A stretch of 62,669 nucleotides of DNA, the filler included, from Candidatus Ancaeobacter aquaticus (GTDB lineage: Bacteria > Auribacterota > Ancaeobacteria > Ancaeobacterales > Ancaeobacteraceae), in the NCBI GenBank assembly GCA_030765405.1. It is 6 parts of 6 records of this genome, joined end to end, with 100 filler letters (N's around TTAATTAATTAA, not from the genome) between each part and the next. Parts side by side here need not be neighbours in the genome. Positions count along the whole stretch, not along the records: positions 44,076 to 62,669 come from JAVCCP010000008.1; 5 more parts are not named here. One strand, 5' to 3'. The translations under genes and the position numbers were made by a program. The notes under the pieces are model-generated. The model saw only the letters and a program-made list of their open reading frames with translations, did no database searches and was not told the DNA's origin. Of the stretch, positions 51,076-60,201 are shown one piece after another (position 1 is the first letter of the stretch; each line of letters starts with the position of its first letter).

Positions 51076-51576
51076 TTATTTATTCCTTGGGTAAATAACC
51101 TTAATATTTTTTATCCCTGCTGATTCCAGTTGTTGTTTCATGCTATTTATTGTGGGCATTATCATTTTCACAGGAATATCAATGGGTAAACCGGGAACCG
51201 GCGAATTTTTGCCGGCTACACCAACAAACGTTACTCTTGTATCAAAACCATCAAGATTTACATAGGAAAGATATACACCCATTACCGGTTGATTACTAAA
51301 CACTGCGGAAAAATTCTTATCATGCTGATCGCCTGTAGTACTTTCCGATCCAAAGAGAATCCATTTTCCCCATTTTTTTGGATTTGAATTAGCCGTTGCT
51401 TTACAAGTATTATGGTTATAAGTCTTTGTTATTATGTTCATAGCGATCTTTTTGCCAGACTTTCCTGTAAGCTCATATATACAAAAAGCATAATAGTTTT
51501 TTGCATCACATTCAGCCTGTATTAACGCCAGGTTAATAATAATTGTTACTATAAATAAATAGATTAACTTTTTCAT
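51076..51576 (-). CDS. Secreted hypothetical protein
   Basis: MKKL + hydrophobic signal peptide; SD GGAG. Confidence 0.65.
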   Translation of the reverse strand: MKKLIYLFIVTIIINLALIQAECDAKNYYAFCIYELTGKSGKKIAMNIITKTYNHNTCKATANSNPKKWGKWILFGSESTTGDQHDKNFSAVFSNQPVMGVYLSYVNLDGFDTRVTFVGVAGKNSPVPGLPIDIPVKMIMPTINSMKQQLESAGIKNIKVIYPRNK

Positions 51577-51679
51577 ATTATTTCTCCTTGTTTCTTCTTC
51601 GCCACTTTTTCCTCACATCTTTAGTTATTATAAAACAAATAAAATATTATGTTTCTCCACATCTCTTGTATATTTAGAA

Positions 51680-52195
51680 CTACAACCCTACCTTAGGAAT
51701 ATATTTCTTTTTAAAACGTCGCCCCTCATCTGAAATATTCTTTATTAACTTACCACTAATATCTCTCAACTCAATCATATACTTATTCCAAGTATCATGA
51801 TCATTCCTCCTGATCTCAGAAAAATCAACAAATCCTTTATAGATAGTACCATCAAAATCTTTACATATAAGCGAATAGAAACCTGGTCTTGAACATTTAA
51901 TTTCTGTAATTTCTAGAAGATAAGAGGAGACATCAACATAATCGGTTGATTTATTCTCAAATCCAAAACCTTTAATAAATTCAATTATTTCTATCCTATC
52001 TTTCCCGTCGCTAACACCAATTCTAACTTCACATTTTCCTACACCAACAAGTCCACCATCTTTTAACACTTCTACAATAATGGTAAAAGGCGGAAAGGTT
52101 TTCAAAAGGGTATCATCACTTTCGCTATGACATGCTGAGCATAAAAAGCTGCTCACCAACACTATTAAAATTAATAAAGATATTAGTTTTCTCAT
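51680..52195 (-). CDS. Secreted hypothetical protein
   Basis: MRKLISLLILIVLV signal peptide. Confidence 0.65.
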   Translation of the reverse strand: MRKLISLLILIVLVSSFLCSACHSESDDTLLKTFPPFTIIVEVLKDGGLVGVGKCEVRIGVSDGKDRIEIIEFIKGFGFENKSTDYVDVSSYLLEITEIKCSRPGFYSLICKDFDGTIYKGFVDFSEIRRNDHDTWNKYMIELRDISGKLIKNISDEGRRFKKKYIPKVGL

Positions 52196-52281
52196 ATTAT
52201 TTCTCCCCATCTCTTGCTGGCTACTTCTTCACGTCTTCCCTCTATTAATCTATTTCTCCACTCCTTTTTAGTAGAACCAAG

Positions 52282-52773
52282 TTATTTAATCCGCTTTGCT
52301 CTGGTAATTACAAAATAACGAGATGTGGACTTACACGATTGAATAAAATCATCTCCTATAACCAATATCTCGACAGCATCATTGCCTGGTTGTCCTATAG
52401 CTCTAATTACGGGTGGCATTCCATATGTGGGTTTTCCAGGATGGGAAGAAAGTTGCTTCTGAACGTGATATACCGTATCATCAGGAATAACTTCCTTTTT
52501 AGCTAAATCATAAACTCTGGTTCTGGTTATTTTATATTCTTCTACATAATAGGTTATTTCGTAGCTACTCTCACTTTTCTTCATATTTCCATCAGCATAA
52601 AAATAGGACTGAACATCCCGAGTCACAATTGTATACGGTTTGAAAGCCGAAGAACCCAAGATTTCATACGTTATTTCCTCTATAGACTTTCGGTGTACCT
52701 GGCTATCGGCATAAATGTTAAAAGCAATAAGGTTAAACAAAGAAAAGATAATTATAACAATTACTTTTTTCAT
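52282..52773 (-). CDS. Secreted hypothetical protein
   Basis: MKKVIVIIIFSLF...IYA signal peptide (listed ORF over-extended to 52896). Confidence 0.65.
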   Translation of the reverse strand: MKKVIVIIIFSLFNLIAFNIYADSQVHRKSIEEITYEILGSSAFKPYTIVTRDVQSYFYADGNMKKSESSYEITYYVEEYKITRTRVYDLAKKEVIPDDTVYHVQKQLSSHPGKPTYGMPPVIRAIGQPGNDAVEILVIGDDFIQSCKSTSRYFVITRAKRIK

Positions 52774-52780
52774 GTTATTT

Positions 52781-53047
52781 CTACTCATCATTTTTATCAC
52801 TCCCATTCCCGGGGTTATGCCCCGAGTCCCAATCCCATTTGTTTTCCATAGCATTATATTCCTGCTTAGAATTATCAGGTTGATACGACCAATCATTATT
52901 CATGGCATTGTATTTCATATTCCAACTGCTATTTTCAGGCACTGTCTCCCAACGATTTTCCATGGCGTTATACTCTTGCTTGCAATATCCATTAAGAGCT
53001 AATGGAATCAACACAAGCAAAAATACCAACACCATTAGTTTTTTCAT
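52781..53047 (-). CDS. Small secreted protein with three YNAMxNxW repeats
   Basis: Signal peptide then YNAMENRW, YNAMNNDW, YNAMENKW. Confidence 0.7.
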   Translation of the reverse strand: MKKLMVLVFLLVLIPLALNGYCKQEYNAMENRWETVPENSSWNMKYNAMNNDWSYQPDNSKQEYNAMENKWDWDSGHNPGNGSDKNDE

Positions 53048-53391
53048 AATGCCCCCTTATTCGTTCTTTCACTTATTCCGCGTTGTCCCTGAGTTGGCAT
53101 GGTGGGGTTACTGCCATAATATATAACTTTGTTATCAACGAAATACACGTAGGTAATAGTAGGAACTAATTTATAACCAGTAACTTCGCTATACAAACTT
53201 TCTCTATACATAAATGACTCTAGAGCTTTACCATCCTGACCTTGGACTGCTCCTGATTGAACAGGATTACCGCACTTTGACAATACTTCTTCTTTTGTCA
53301 TCCCCAAAGAGAGCTTCGGAGTTACTCTGGAAGTTGTTGCACATCCACTTACCATTATTATAACAGCTATTAAACAGATCAGTCTTTTCAT
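53044..53391 (-). CDS. Lipoprotein, SmpA/BamE-like fold
   Basis: Lipobox VSGC; LSLGMTKEEVLSKCGNP. Confidence 0.65.
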   Translation of the reverse strand: MKRLICLIAVIIMVSGCATTSRVTPKLSLGMTKEEVLSKCGNPVQSGAVQGQDGKALESFMYRESLYSEVTGYKLVPTITYVYFVDNKVIYYGSNPTMPTQGQRGISERTNKGAL

Positions 53392-53463
53392 AATATTTTC
53401 TCCATAACTTGAAGTTAAGCAATCTAGCTTATCTGCACTCGTTAAAACATTTTTGTTGGTTAT

Positions 53464-53997
53464 CTACTGTTTCTCAGAAAATAATTCCCCAATACTGTCC
53501 GCTATCTTACGTGCCGTATCTATGAGAGTATCATGTGCCACATACATTGGATTATGTGGTTGTGGTTGAGTATAAGTGCCGCTCCACAGAATCTTTCCCG
53601 TCGTTGTGTCAATAACCCTGGCAGTTGCATTGGCAACAGCCTGACCTTTCATGGTTGAGTTTACAATTACAATGGTTCTTGTCTTTGTAATCTGACCTAA
53701 TCTCATATATTCTTCGTTATTGAGAATTGTGGAAAAATCTAAACCACGCTTATCAACCATTTGAGATACAGTTGTCCTCTCAACGACATTATATCCCATG
53801 CCTAGGAGTTCAGTCGCAATCGCATCAGGAAGCATAAGATTATTTGTTCCGCCAATCTTTGCTGGTACAACAGCAATAGGAATAGATGCATCTATTACAT
53901 GATGTTGTCGGTAGTAGGTTTTAAGTTGTGGAGTACCTGAACATGAGGAAATGACGAGTGCAATCAAGCAAATGGATGTGATACGACATATTCTCAT
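53464..53997 (-). CDS. Lipoprotein, CsgG/TolB-N-like
   Basis: Lipobox ISSC; GYNVVER, ARVIDTTTGKILW. Confidence 0.6.
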   Translation of the reverse strand: MRICRITSICLIALVISSCSGTPQLKTYYRQHHVIDASIPIAVVPAKIGGTNNLMLPDAIATELLGMGYNVVERTTVSQMVDKRGLDFSTILNNEEYMRLGQITKTRTIVIVNSTMKGQAVANATARVIDTTTGKILWSGTYTQPQPHNPMYVAHDTLIDTARKIADSIGELFSEKQ

Positions 53998-54048
53998 GAT
54001 TTTTCTCCTTCAATCCTTTTATATTCAAACTTTATCATTAATAAAGAT

Positions 54049-54708
54049 TTATTTTATTTTCAATTTACCAGAGCTATTACTATATTCTTTTACTCTTCCT
54101 CTATTATCAAAGGTCACATAGTCATAGCCATAAAACCACATATTACTAATTATACTTGTTGGCGTTCCCTGTATACGCCTAACATCTGCTTTTGTATAGC
54201 CAATTGCAAATTGTGGGGATTGACTATTAATTTGTGATTCTAACTGTTGTTTACGAGCCAGTAACTGTTCCTTAGATAATGAACTTAAATCAGGCTGCTG
54301 AGATTGATTTTTACCAAATAATATATTATCTAATTCTGCATCCCTTGAACTTTGCTGCTGTTGCGTTGTAGTAGTTGGAGTCATGGATGGTTGTTCGCTT
54401 TGCACATTACCAAACAACATTTGCTCTACTTCTGCATCAGAAAATTTATTCTGTTGACTATGGTTAGTTATAATAACATAAACAATACTCACCGCTATAG
54501 CTATGCATACTAAGGAGATAATTATATGCAATACAACCTTTGCATACTTATATCTTAAAAGAAATACAGCTATTGAACTCAGAAGAACAATACCTATTGC
54601 AATATTTAAATTATTCTTATTTACCATATAAACAACAATGGAAAGAATCAGACCCGCAATAGAGTATATTTTCTGGCTTAAATTGAACTTATCAAAATCT
54701 ATTTTCAT
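54049..54708 (-). CDS. Membrane protein with C-terminal SmpA-like domain
   Basis: 3 TM; FAIGYTKADVRRIQGTP...WFYG. Confidence 0.6.
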   Translation of the reverse strand: MKIDFDKFNLSQKIYSIAGLILSIVVYMVNKNNLNIAIGIVLLSSIAVFLLRYKYAKVVLHIIISLVCIAIAVSIVYVIITNHSQQNKFSDAEVEQMLFGNVQSEQPSMTPTTTTQQQQSSRDAELDNILFGKNQSQQPDLSSLSKEQLLARKQQLESQINSQSPQFAIGYTKADVRRIQGTPTSIISNMWFYGYDYVTFDNRGRVKEYSNSSGKLKIK

Positions 54709-54735
54709 TATTTCTCCCTTATCTTTCACGAACAA

Positions 54736-55140
54736 CTACTTCTTCCTGCTATCAAAATAATCTAATATGTAATACAACAACGAACCCAGCTCACAAAGAA
54801 TTACTACTGCTATTATTCCAGGTAGATAATATATTATATTTTCTACGATAATTGGATTTTCAATAATCTCATTAAGATTGGTATTTTTAATAAACAAACA
54901 CACTAGTATAATGATTACTGAAACGCAAAGTCCTATAAATACTTTGAAAGCTCTATTCTTTGAAAAGGGATTAACCTTATAATCAGAGAACAAATATAGT
55001 GCTAATACAGTAGCTGATATCAAACCAACCATTCCTGCCATATATTTTGGGGAAGAGGTTGTCAAAGAAGCATAAGTAACTAACAATATTAATCCCAGAA
55101 AGATAAAGCCAATTACTACTTGGATGTTATTTAGTTTCAT
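54736..55140 (-). CDS. Hypothetical multi-pass membrane protein
   Basis: 4 hydrophobic segments. Confidence 0.6.
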   Translation of the reverse strand: MKLNNIQVVIGFIFLGLILLVTYASLTTSSPKYMAGMVGLISATVLALYLFSDYKVNPFSKNRAFKVFIGLCVSVIIILVCLFIKNTNLNEIIENPIIVENIIYYLPGIIAVVILCELGSLLYYILDYFDSRKK

Positions 55141-55261
55141 ATCTTGCCCCTATTACCATGTTTGTATCACTTGTTAACAAAACTCTATATCTTTACTTTC
55201 TGTCTGAAGCTCCCAGTATGAGCCCGACAATTCCAGAAAAATTTAAGCTAAACTCACACTC

Positions 55262-55471
55262 TTAAAAAACCCCATTTTGCGATAGCCATGCAATAATAAC
55301 TATTAAAGCAATAATGGTTAATGGCCATATAAGACCTAATAATGCTCCTATTATTGCCGCTGGAATCCATCCAAAACAAACACCACCAAATAAACCATAA
55401 GTAGCTATTGCATAAATATAAACTGGAATAAATACAATTACTGCTGTTATCCAAAAACCAATCTTATACAT
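55262..55471 (-). CDS. Small membrane protein
   Basis: Hydrophobic 69 aa; SD GGGAG. Confidence 0.55.
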   Translation of the reverse strand: MYKIGFWITAVIVFIPVYIYAIATYGLFGGVCFGWIPAAIIGALLGLIWPLTIIALIVIIAWLSQNGVF

Positions 55472-55474
55472 CAA

Positions 55475-55573
55475 ATTTCTCCCTTCTTTATTCTGTCTGC
55501 TTTCCTCTATCCATGTATCTATGTCCTCTTGTCTAAAACGTATTAGTCTTCCTATCTTGTAATAGGGAAGTTT
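55475..55573 (-). pseudogene. C-terminal relic of an excisionase-type HTH
   Basis: KLPYYKIGRLIRFRQEDIDTWIEE resembles IPFYKIGRLVKFDIKEIDTWLEE of 47500-47712; no start codon. Confidence 0.65.
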
Positions 55574-55577
55574 ATTA

Positions 55578-56123
55578 CTATTTATGTAACATATTTATAG
55601 TATACTTTTTACAATATTCGGAAATAAGAGGGTGCATTCGTTCTGGAAGTTCAAAAGGTTGATATTTACCATTACTAAACTCTATATGCGATTCCCGCCA
55701 AAGAGTTGTTTTAGTTAAAAAGATTTGTTTAATTTCGGAAATAGAAATAAAGAAAGCATCTTTTGTTTGCGAAAGCACATCGTTTAATTTTGAAGAATCA
55801 GGCGGTATCATATGCTCAGCTTTACTTTCAAGAGCTTTTCGTTTAATGCTGCGTGCTATTAATGATGGAACAATCCCTACAGACATCCAAACATCAGCAT
55901 TTGGCAATTTGGAAAGTTTTGACCTAGGCCAAGGTATGAAGTATATGCCTTCTGAAAGAAAGAACCAGTCCCCTATCGCATCACGACCTAAATCACCTAT
56001 AGTTGCCATGCCTCTAGTATGTAGAATGTCTTTCTTTGCATCTTTTTCAAATAATTCTCCACAATGTTTGCATTTAATTGCCTCATCTTGTATTTCTTCT
56101 GCACAAAATTTACACTTTTTCAT
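55578..56123 (-). CDS. Zinc-ribbon domain protein
   Basis: MKKCKFCAEEIQDEAIKCKHCG. Confidence 0.7.
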   Translation of the reverse strand: MKKCKFCAEEIQDEAIKCKHCGELFEKDAKKDILHTRGMATIGDLGRDAIGDWFFLSEGIYFIPWPRSKLSKLPNADVWMSVGIVPSLIARSIKRKALESKAEHMIPPDSSKLNDVLSQTKDAFFISISEIKQIFLTKTTLWRESHIEFSNGKYQPFELPERMHPLISEYCKKYTINMLHK

Positions 56124-56162
56124 TTTTAACCTCTTATATAAAATATTCTCATTTATTCAAAA

Positions 56163-56759
56163 CTATTTCTCAAAAGAAAATAATTTTATCTCGTCATTAT
56201 CAACATTAGTTAATCTTATATCCAGAGTTTCGCCGTCTTTCATTCTATCCAAAAACACTACTCCGTTTAAAAGACCATTAGGGGACACTCTTTCATCCTT
56301 TATTTCCTTATACATATAATCATTCTTCATGCTTTTATTCGCATTAGATGATCCAACTCCGTCAACAACTGCAGGTATTAATAATGGCCAGATAAATATT
56401 CCAGCAACACCGTAGGTTGTAGCTCTTCCAGCAGTATTAAATGAACACTTCTCAGCTACTTCTTCAGCCGGGGCAGTTTGCTTACTCATCATTCGTTTCT
56501 TGAACCCATAAGTGTTTGTTGTTCTATTATCAACTAATATATAAACAGGTTGGTAATTCTTATGAACATCTTCTACTCCGAAAACATCCTTTGATTCTTT
56601 AGCGTCTAAGAACTTAGCTGCCACTTTAAGCCCATCTTGATTCTGATATGCATCATATGTGGTTACATCCGTAGATGGTAATCTACTAGCATTATAACCC
56701 GCACATCCCTGCATTAATAATACAACTACTGCTACTACCATACATATTGATTGTTTCAT
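56163..56759 (-). CDS. Lipoprotein
   Basis: Lipobox MQGC. Confidence 0.7.
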   Translation of the reverse strand: MKQSICMVVAVVVLLMQGCAGYNASRLPSTDVTTYDAYQNQDGLKVAAKFLDAKESKDVFGVEDVHKNYQPVYILVDNRTTNTYGFKKRMMSKQTAPAEEVAEKCSFNTAGRATTYGVAGIFIWPLLIPAVVDGVGSSNANKSMKNDYMYKEIKDERVSPNGLLNGVVFLDRMKDGETLDIRLTNVDNDEIKLFSFEK

Positions 56760-56760
56760 T

Positions 56761-56940
56761 TTAATTCCTCTCCTTTTGCAGATACTCTTGTATCCTTGCT
56801 TTTGCTAATCTTGACGGATTGAAACCTCTCTCCCATCTGCTAATGGTAAAGACAGAAACACCTATCTGTTTTGCGACATCTTCCTGAGATAACTCTTTTT
56901 CTTTACGGTGATCTAGTAATCTTTTAATGGAATCTTCCAC
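56761..56940 (-). CDS. XRE-family HTH regulator, 59 aa (below the ORF-track cutoff)
   Basis: SD GGAGG + GTG; RKEKELSQEDVAKQIGVSVFTISRWERG. Confidence 0.85.
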   Translation of the reverse strand: MEDSIKRLLDHRKEKELSQEDVAKQIGVSVFTISRWERGFNPSRLAKARIQEYLQKERN

Positions 56941-57122
56941 AACAGCCTCCTCTTCCTATGTCTTGTTCGTATGATGTTCCCCCTTTCACAAGCCTCTATA
57001 ATAGACACTACTAGTAATATGTCAAGTATTATGACAAAAAGAGAAGGGGTTTTACCCCCTCCATCCACATTGTATAGTTATCTACTATTGTGCTTTCTTC
57101 TTATCGGCTATCTAACTATCTA

Positions 57123-57335
57123 TCATAAAGTTTGCGTATTGCTATTTGGTTTCTTTCCAACCAGGGATTTCCCCTCGCTCTTGGACTGCATTGACGAACT
57201 CATGGTAGATGTCGGATACACTGTCCTAAAGAAAGTTCTTCCTCGCTTACCGTCTTTGTCTATCTCCGCCATTTGGTACCTTGTGCTCACCAAATATTCC
57301 GTTATCTCTTCAGCACAATATGGGCATTTCTTCAT
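57123..57335 (-). CDS. Small zinc-ribbon-start protein
   Basis: MKKCPYCAEEI; SD GAGGAG. Confidence 0.55.
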   Translation of the reverse strand: MKKCPYCAEEITEYLVSTRYQMAEIDKDGKRGRTFFRTVYPTSTMSSSMQSKSEGKSLVGKKPNSNTQTL

Positions 57336-57350
57336 ATCATTCTCCTCATC

Positions 57351-57623
57351 TCAGCTACGATCTACTATTCCTTTAATATCCTCATACATGGTTTGAGATG
57401 ATGTTATCTCATCCATTCTACCGCCGTAATAACCATATAACAAACTGACTTCTCTAACTTTCTCCATTACATACGCAAGGATTATTACCCCTACAATATT
57501 CACACCTGGAATTAGGGCTAATATCCATCCCAAATAATATATCCATATTCTGGGCTTTTCACATTTATCTAACTTTCGTTTCATTTCGTAATATCTAGTT
57601 GTTTCTTCTTCCGTATATTCCAT
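57351..57623 (-). CDS. Small membrane protein
   Basis: LALIPGVNIVG hairpin helix; SD-like GAGG. Confidence 0.55.
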   Translation of the reverse strand: MEYTEEETTRYYEMKRKLDKCEKPRIWIYYLGWILALIPGVNIVGVIILAYVMEKVREVSLLYGYYGGRMDEITSSQTMYEDIKGIVDRS

Positions 57624-57668
57624 CAGGCTACGCCTCTTTCTCTTGCTATTATTCTCTTTATTTTTTGT

Positions 57669-58301
57669 TTATCCATTTACATCCCTTTTCTCCTTAGCTC
57701 TTCTCAGTCCTGCTCCTATTAATCCAATAAGCCCAATTCCAAAGAGTGCATATGTTGATGGTTCAGGCACAGCTGTGACAAGATAGCTAGCACCCCATAA
57801 AGAGGGTGTTGCATCTTCTTGAGATGAATTAGGCACTTCAGCCCAGCCACCAAGCTCATCATTGCTTCCTGGAAAATTAGTAGTAAAACCAGTTCCAGCA
57901 GTAGCTCGGTTCCCTCCGTATAGTTCAATAACCATGCCTTGGGATTTAGGATATCCACCAGATGTTCCTGTTGAACCAAACAATGTGTGAAATTGAGTAA
58001 CAGGTGTAAAATTAGCAATACTTGGGGTAACACCAATATCGGTTATTCCAAAATTTGTCCACAATTGGGTTACCTCCGCCGATGTCCCGTATCTATATCC
58101 CTCAAAATCACCACCGATGCCAAATTGTGACGAAACATCATCATATGACCTGTTTAAAGTATTGCTAAAATCCAACCAATCAAGAGCTGTTGAGGTATCC
58201 CGTGTGTTATTTCCCATATCTACAATCACTGCTTGAGCTTGAACCGCAAACATAATTATGGATAGCATCAATACCAATATAACAATAATTCGTTTCCCCA
58301 T
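57669..58301 (-). CDS. PEP-CTERM sorting-domain surface protein
   Basis: Signal peptide AQA; C-terminal VPEPSTYALFGIGLIGL + basic tail. Confidence 0.88.
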   Translation of the reverse strand: MGKRIIVILVLMLSIIMFAVQAQAVIVDMGNNTRDTSTALDWLDFSNTLNRSYDDVSSQFGIGGDFEGYRYGTSAEVTQLWTNFGITDIGVTPSIANFTPVTQFHTLFGSTGTSGGYPKSQGMVIELYGGNRATAGTGFTTNFPGSNDELGGWAEVPNSSQEDATPSLWGASYLVTAVPEPSTYALFGIGLIGLIGAGLRRAKEKRDVNG

Positions 58302-58321
58302 ACTTTCCCCACCTCCTTATC

Positions 58322-58361
58322 AATAAGAAAAGACAACCCACATGTTCTGAGAGTTGCCTTT
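58322..58361 (-). terminator. Terminator-like hairpin in the leader of the PEP-CTERM gene
   Basis: AAAGGCAACTC/GGGTTGTCTTT stem followed by TCTTATT, just before SD AAGGAGG. Confidence 0.4.
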
Positions 58362-58423
58362 ACATAACTTAAATGATTACTACAGTCACTTGTCCACTCC
58401 GTTGTGGGTATTGCTAAAGACGT

Positions 58424-58453
58424 ATTATAACACCGAGGGTGAAGTTGGTGCAA
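58424..58453 (-). promoter_or_regulatory. Sigma70-like promoter at the head of the element cargo
   Basis: TTGCAC-N18-TATAAT with extended TGn. Confidence 0.5.
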
Positions 58454-58647
58454 CGGATTAATGAAGTGTCCTGGGATTACTCACTCCACGACCTCACTTA
58501 CATTCGGTCTTGTCGTTCGTAATATACATATAAAGCAGTTTCCAGGAAAATTTGCACTACCGTGAGAGACGGCTTTCTTACCCTTAACCCCGCACTAGAC
58601 CCCCGAGGCGATTTTGTAGGCGGCTCAATTATAATACGCTTAAAAGT

Positions 58648-58666
58648 GGTGTCCATAAGGTGTCCA
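58648..58666 (-). promoter_or_regulatory. Integrase arm-type binding sites (right)
   Basis: TGGACACC-TTA-TGGACACC. Confidence 0.6.
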
Positions 58667-58783
58667 TAGCCCGTCTGCTTTGATACAAATCCACACCAAT
58701 AGACACAAACAAAAAAATCTCGCAACCCATTGCAGTTAAACATAATTACTTCATTTGCAATACATTACGAGATTTTATCTTAT

Positions 58784-58826
58784 CGGTTTTCAAGACCGCC
58801 GCTTTCGACCGCTCAGCCACTCCTCC
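58784..58826 (-). repeat. att site: orphaned 5' half of tRNA-Ser
   Basis: GGAGGAGTGGCTGAGCGGTCGAAAGCGGCGGTCTTGAAAACCG then unrelated sequence; 2 D-loop differences from 46294-46336. Confidence 0.9.
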
Positions 58827-59125
58827 GGCTAATTATCACGCTAATATTTACACCATAACTGCATCTTGGTCAACAATTAATATTAAAACATATCAGGAAA
58901 CACAATACTCGAAAAGCCGGGGCCTTCTGCAGCTTCACTTTCATGTTCACATCCCTCATGCGATTGAGTTTTTGTGTCATAAGCTGTCTTTTGGTTCGCA
59001 CAGCTACTTAAAAACAGCATTATTATGATAATACCAAAGTATCGTATAAACATTTTTCTTTCCCTAATATAAAATGCTACTCAAGATATCCCTGAATAGC
59101 ATTTTATAAACCTGATTGTCAAACA

Positions 59126-59464
59126 TTACTCGGTATATTTATTCTGGTCAGACATTTCATCGGGCGTTTTTATAAATGAGGGCTGTTTAGTATCGCCATA
59201 TATAGAAAATCCGGTATCTGTCTTTTTACGAGGCTCTCTATTTCCCATTTTGATCCCAAAATCTCCTGTCATATCTTTATTCAAGTCTTCAAGCGATCTA
59301 CGTGATGAAATTGAATCAATATCTCCACCTATCGGTGATGGTTCACCATCACTCATGGTGTCAATTTTTTGACTTCTACTTTTATCACGTGCAAAAGAAA
59401 GATCGCATATAAAACCTACCGCCACTACTAGTACGAGAACAACAATTAATTTTCTCATATTCAT
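59126..59464 (-). CDS. Secreted hypothetical protein
   Basis: Signal peptide ending SFA. Confidence 0.65.
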   Translation of the reverse strand: MNMRKLIVVLVLVVAVGFICDLSFARDKSRSQKIDTMSDGEPSPIGGDIDSISSRRSLEDLNKDMTGDFGIKMGNREPRKKTDTGFSIYGDTKQPSFIKTPDEMSDQNKYTE

Positions 59465-59480
59465 ACTCCTTAGTATTTAC

Positions 59481-59672
59481 CTACATGGTACGACCACCCA
59501 TTTGCGCGAGATTTTCGTCTTCATTTTGCTCCATGTAAGCATTAACATCAGGCTCTTTTTCCCAAACTGGTGTTCCGGTAATTTTCTTTACGTGGGTATA
59601 GCAATCGTTCACACAGCCCTGCAAAAAAACAATAACTCCGATAATAGCGATAAGGCTTAAAAGTTTTTTCAT
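59481..59672 (-). CDS. Micro-lipoprotein, paralog family
   Basis: Lipobox LQGC; VNAYMEQNEDENLAQMGG. Confidence 0.7.
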   Translation of the reverse strand: MKKLLSLIAIIGVIVFLQGCVNDCYTHVKKITGTPVWEKEPDVNAYMEQNEDENLAQMGGRTM

Positions 59673-59700
59673 ATTTGTCCTCTCCTATAAAATTTGTTTA

Positions 59701-59958
59701 TTATTCTTTTACGTTTTCTTCGACTAGATCCTGCCCATCAATAGGACATCTTCCCGGCTCATCAAATGACGCATTACATTCAGGGCATACATACGTCTTA
59801 CCTGCAAACTCATTTACTGTTGGGCTATCTTCGATAGTAGCGCCTTCTTGAAGAATCTCTGGCCCACCAATCGCATCCGGTCCTTCGGCACAAAAACCAA
59901 TACTACTCATCATTAACACAACACCTAATAAAACCATTAAGGCAACTATCTTTTTCAT
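59701..59958 (-). CDS. Secreted protein with heavy-metal-binding-like motif
   Basis: YVCPECNASFDEPGRCPIDGQDLV. Confidence 0.65.
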   Translation of the reverse strand: MKKIVALMVLLGVVLMMSSIGFCAEGPDAIGGPEILQEGATIEDSPTVNEFAGKTYVCPECNASFDEPGRCPIDGQDLVEENVKE

Positions 59959-59985
59959 ACGCCCCTCCGTTGTTTTGGGTACATT

Positions 59986-60165
59986 TTACTGTTCAAACAT
60001 GTCCACCCCGCCGGTCTCAGCGAGCTCTTCATCCTGGTTATCGCCCATATACTGATCGACTGTCTGTCTATTCGGATTATACGATTTATCATACTCTTCA
60101 TTTGACGCGCAACCGCATGCCACAACGATCATACATATCGTAAATAATAGATACAAAGACTTCAT
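59986..60165 (-). CDS. Micro-lipoprotein, paralog family
   Basis: Lipobox ACGC; VDQYMGDNQDEELAETGG. Confidence 0.7.
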   Translation of the reverse strand: MKSLYLLFTICMIVVACGCASNEEYDKSYNPNRQTVDQYMGDNQDEELAETGGVDMFEQ

Positions 60166-60201
60166 ACTCCCTCCTTCGTTTCTAACCAATTCCAATTTGT
60201 T

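Larger units (their letters stand above)
46294..58826 (-). mobile_element. Integrative element (about 12.5 kb) inserted in tRNA-Ser
   Basis: 43-bp direct repeat 46294-46336 / 58784-58826 (2 mismatches), tyrosine integrase at one end, arm-type repeats at both ends. Confidence 0.9.

Noticed and set aside
51076..58301. Cargo array as an integron
   Set aside because: No TAAC...GTT attC structures between the genes
58784..58826. Second full tRNA-Ser, or an intron-split tRNA
   Set aside because: Only the 5' half is present; following sequence has no T-arm and no group I core; it is an att duplication
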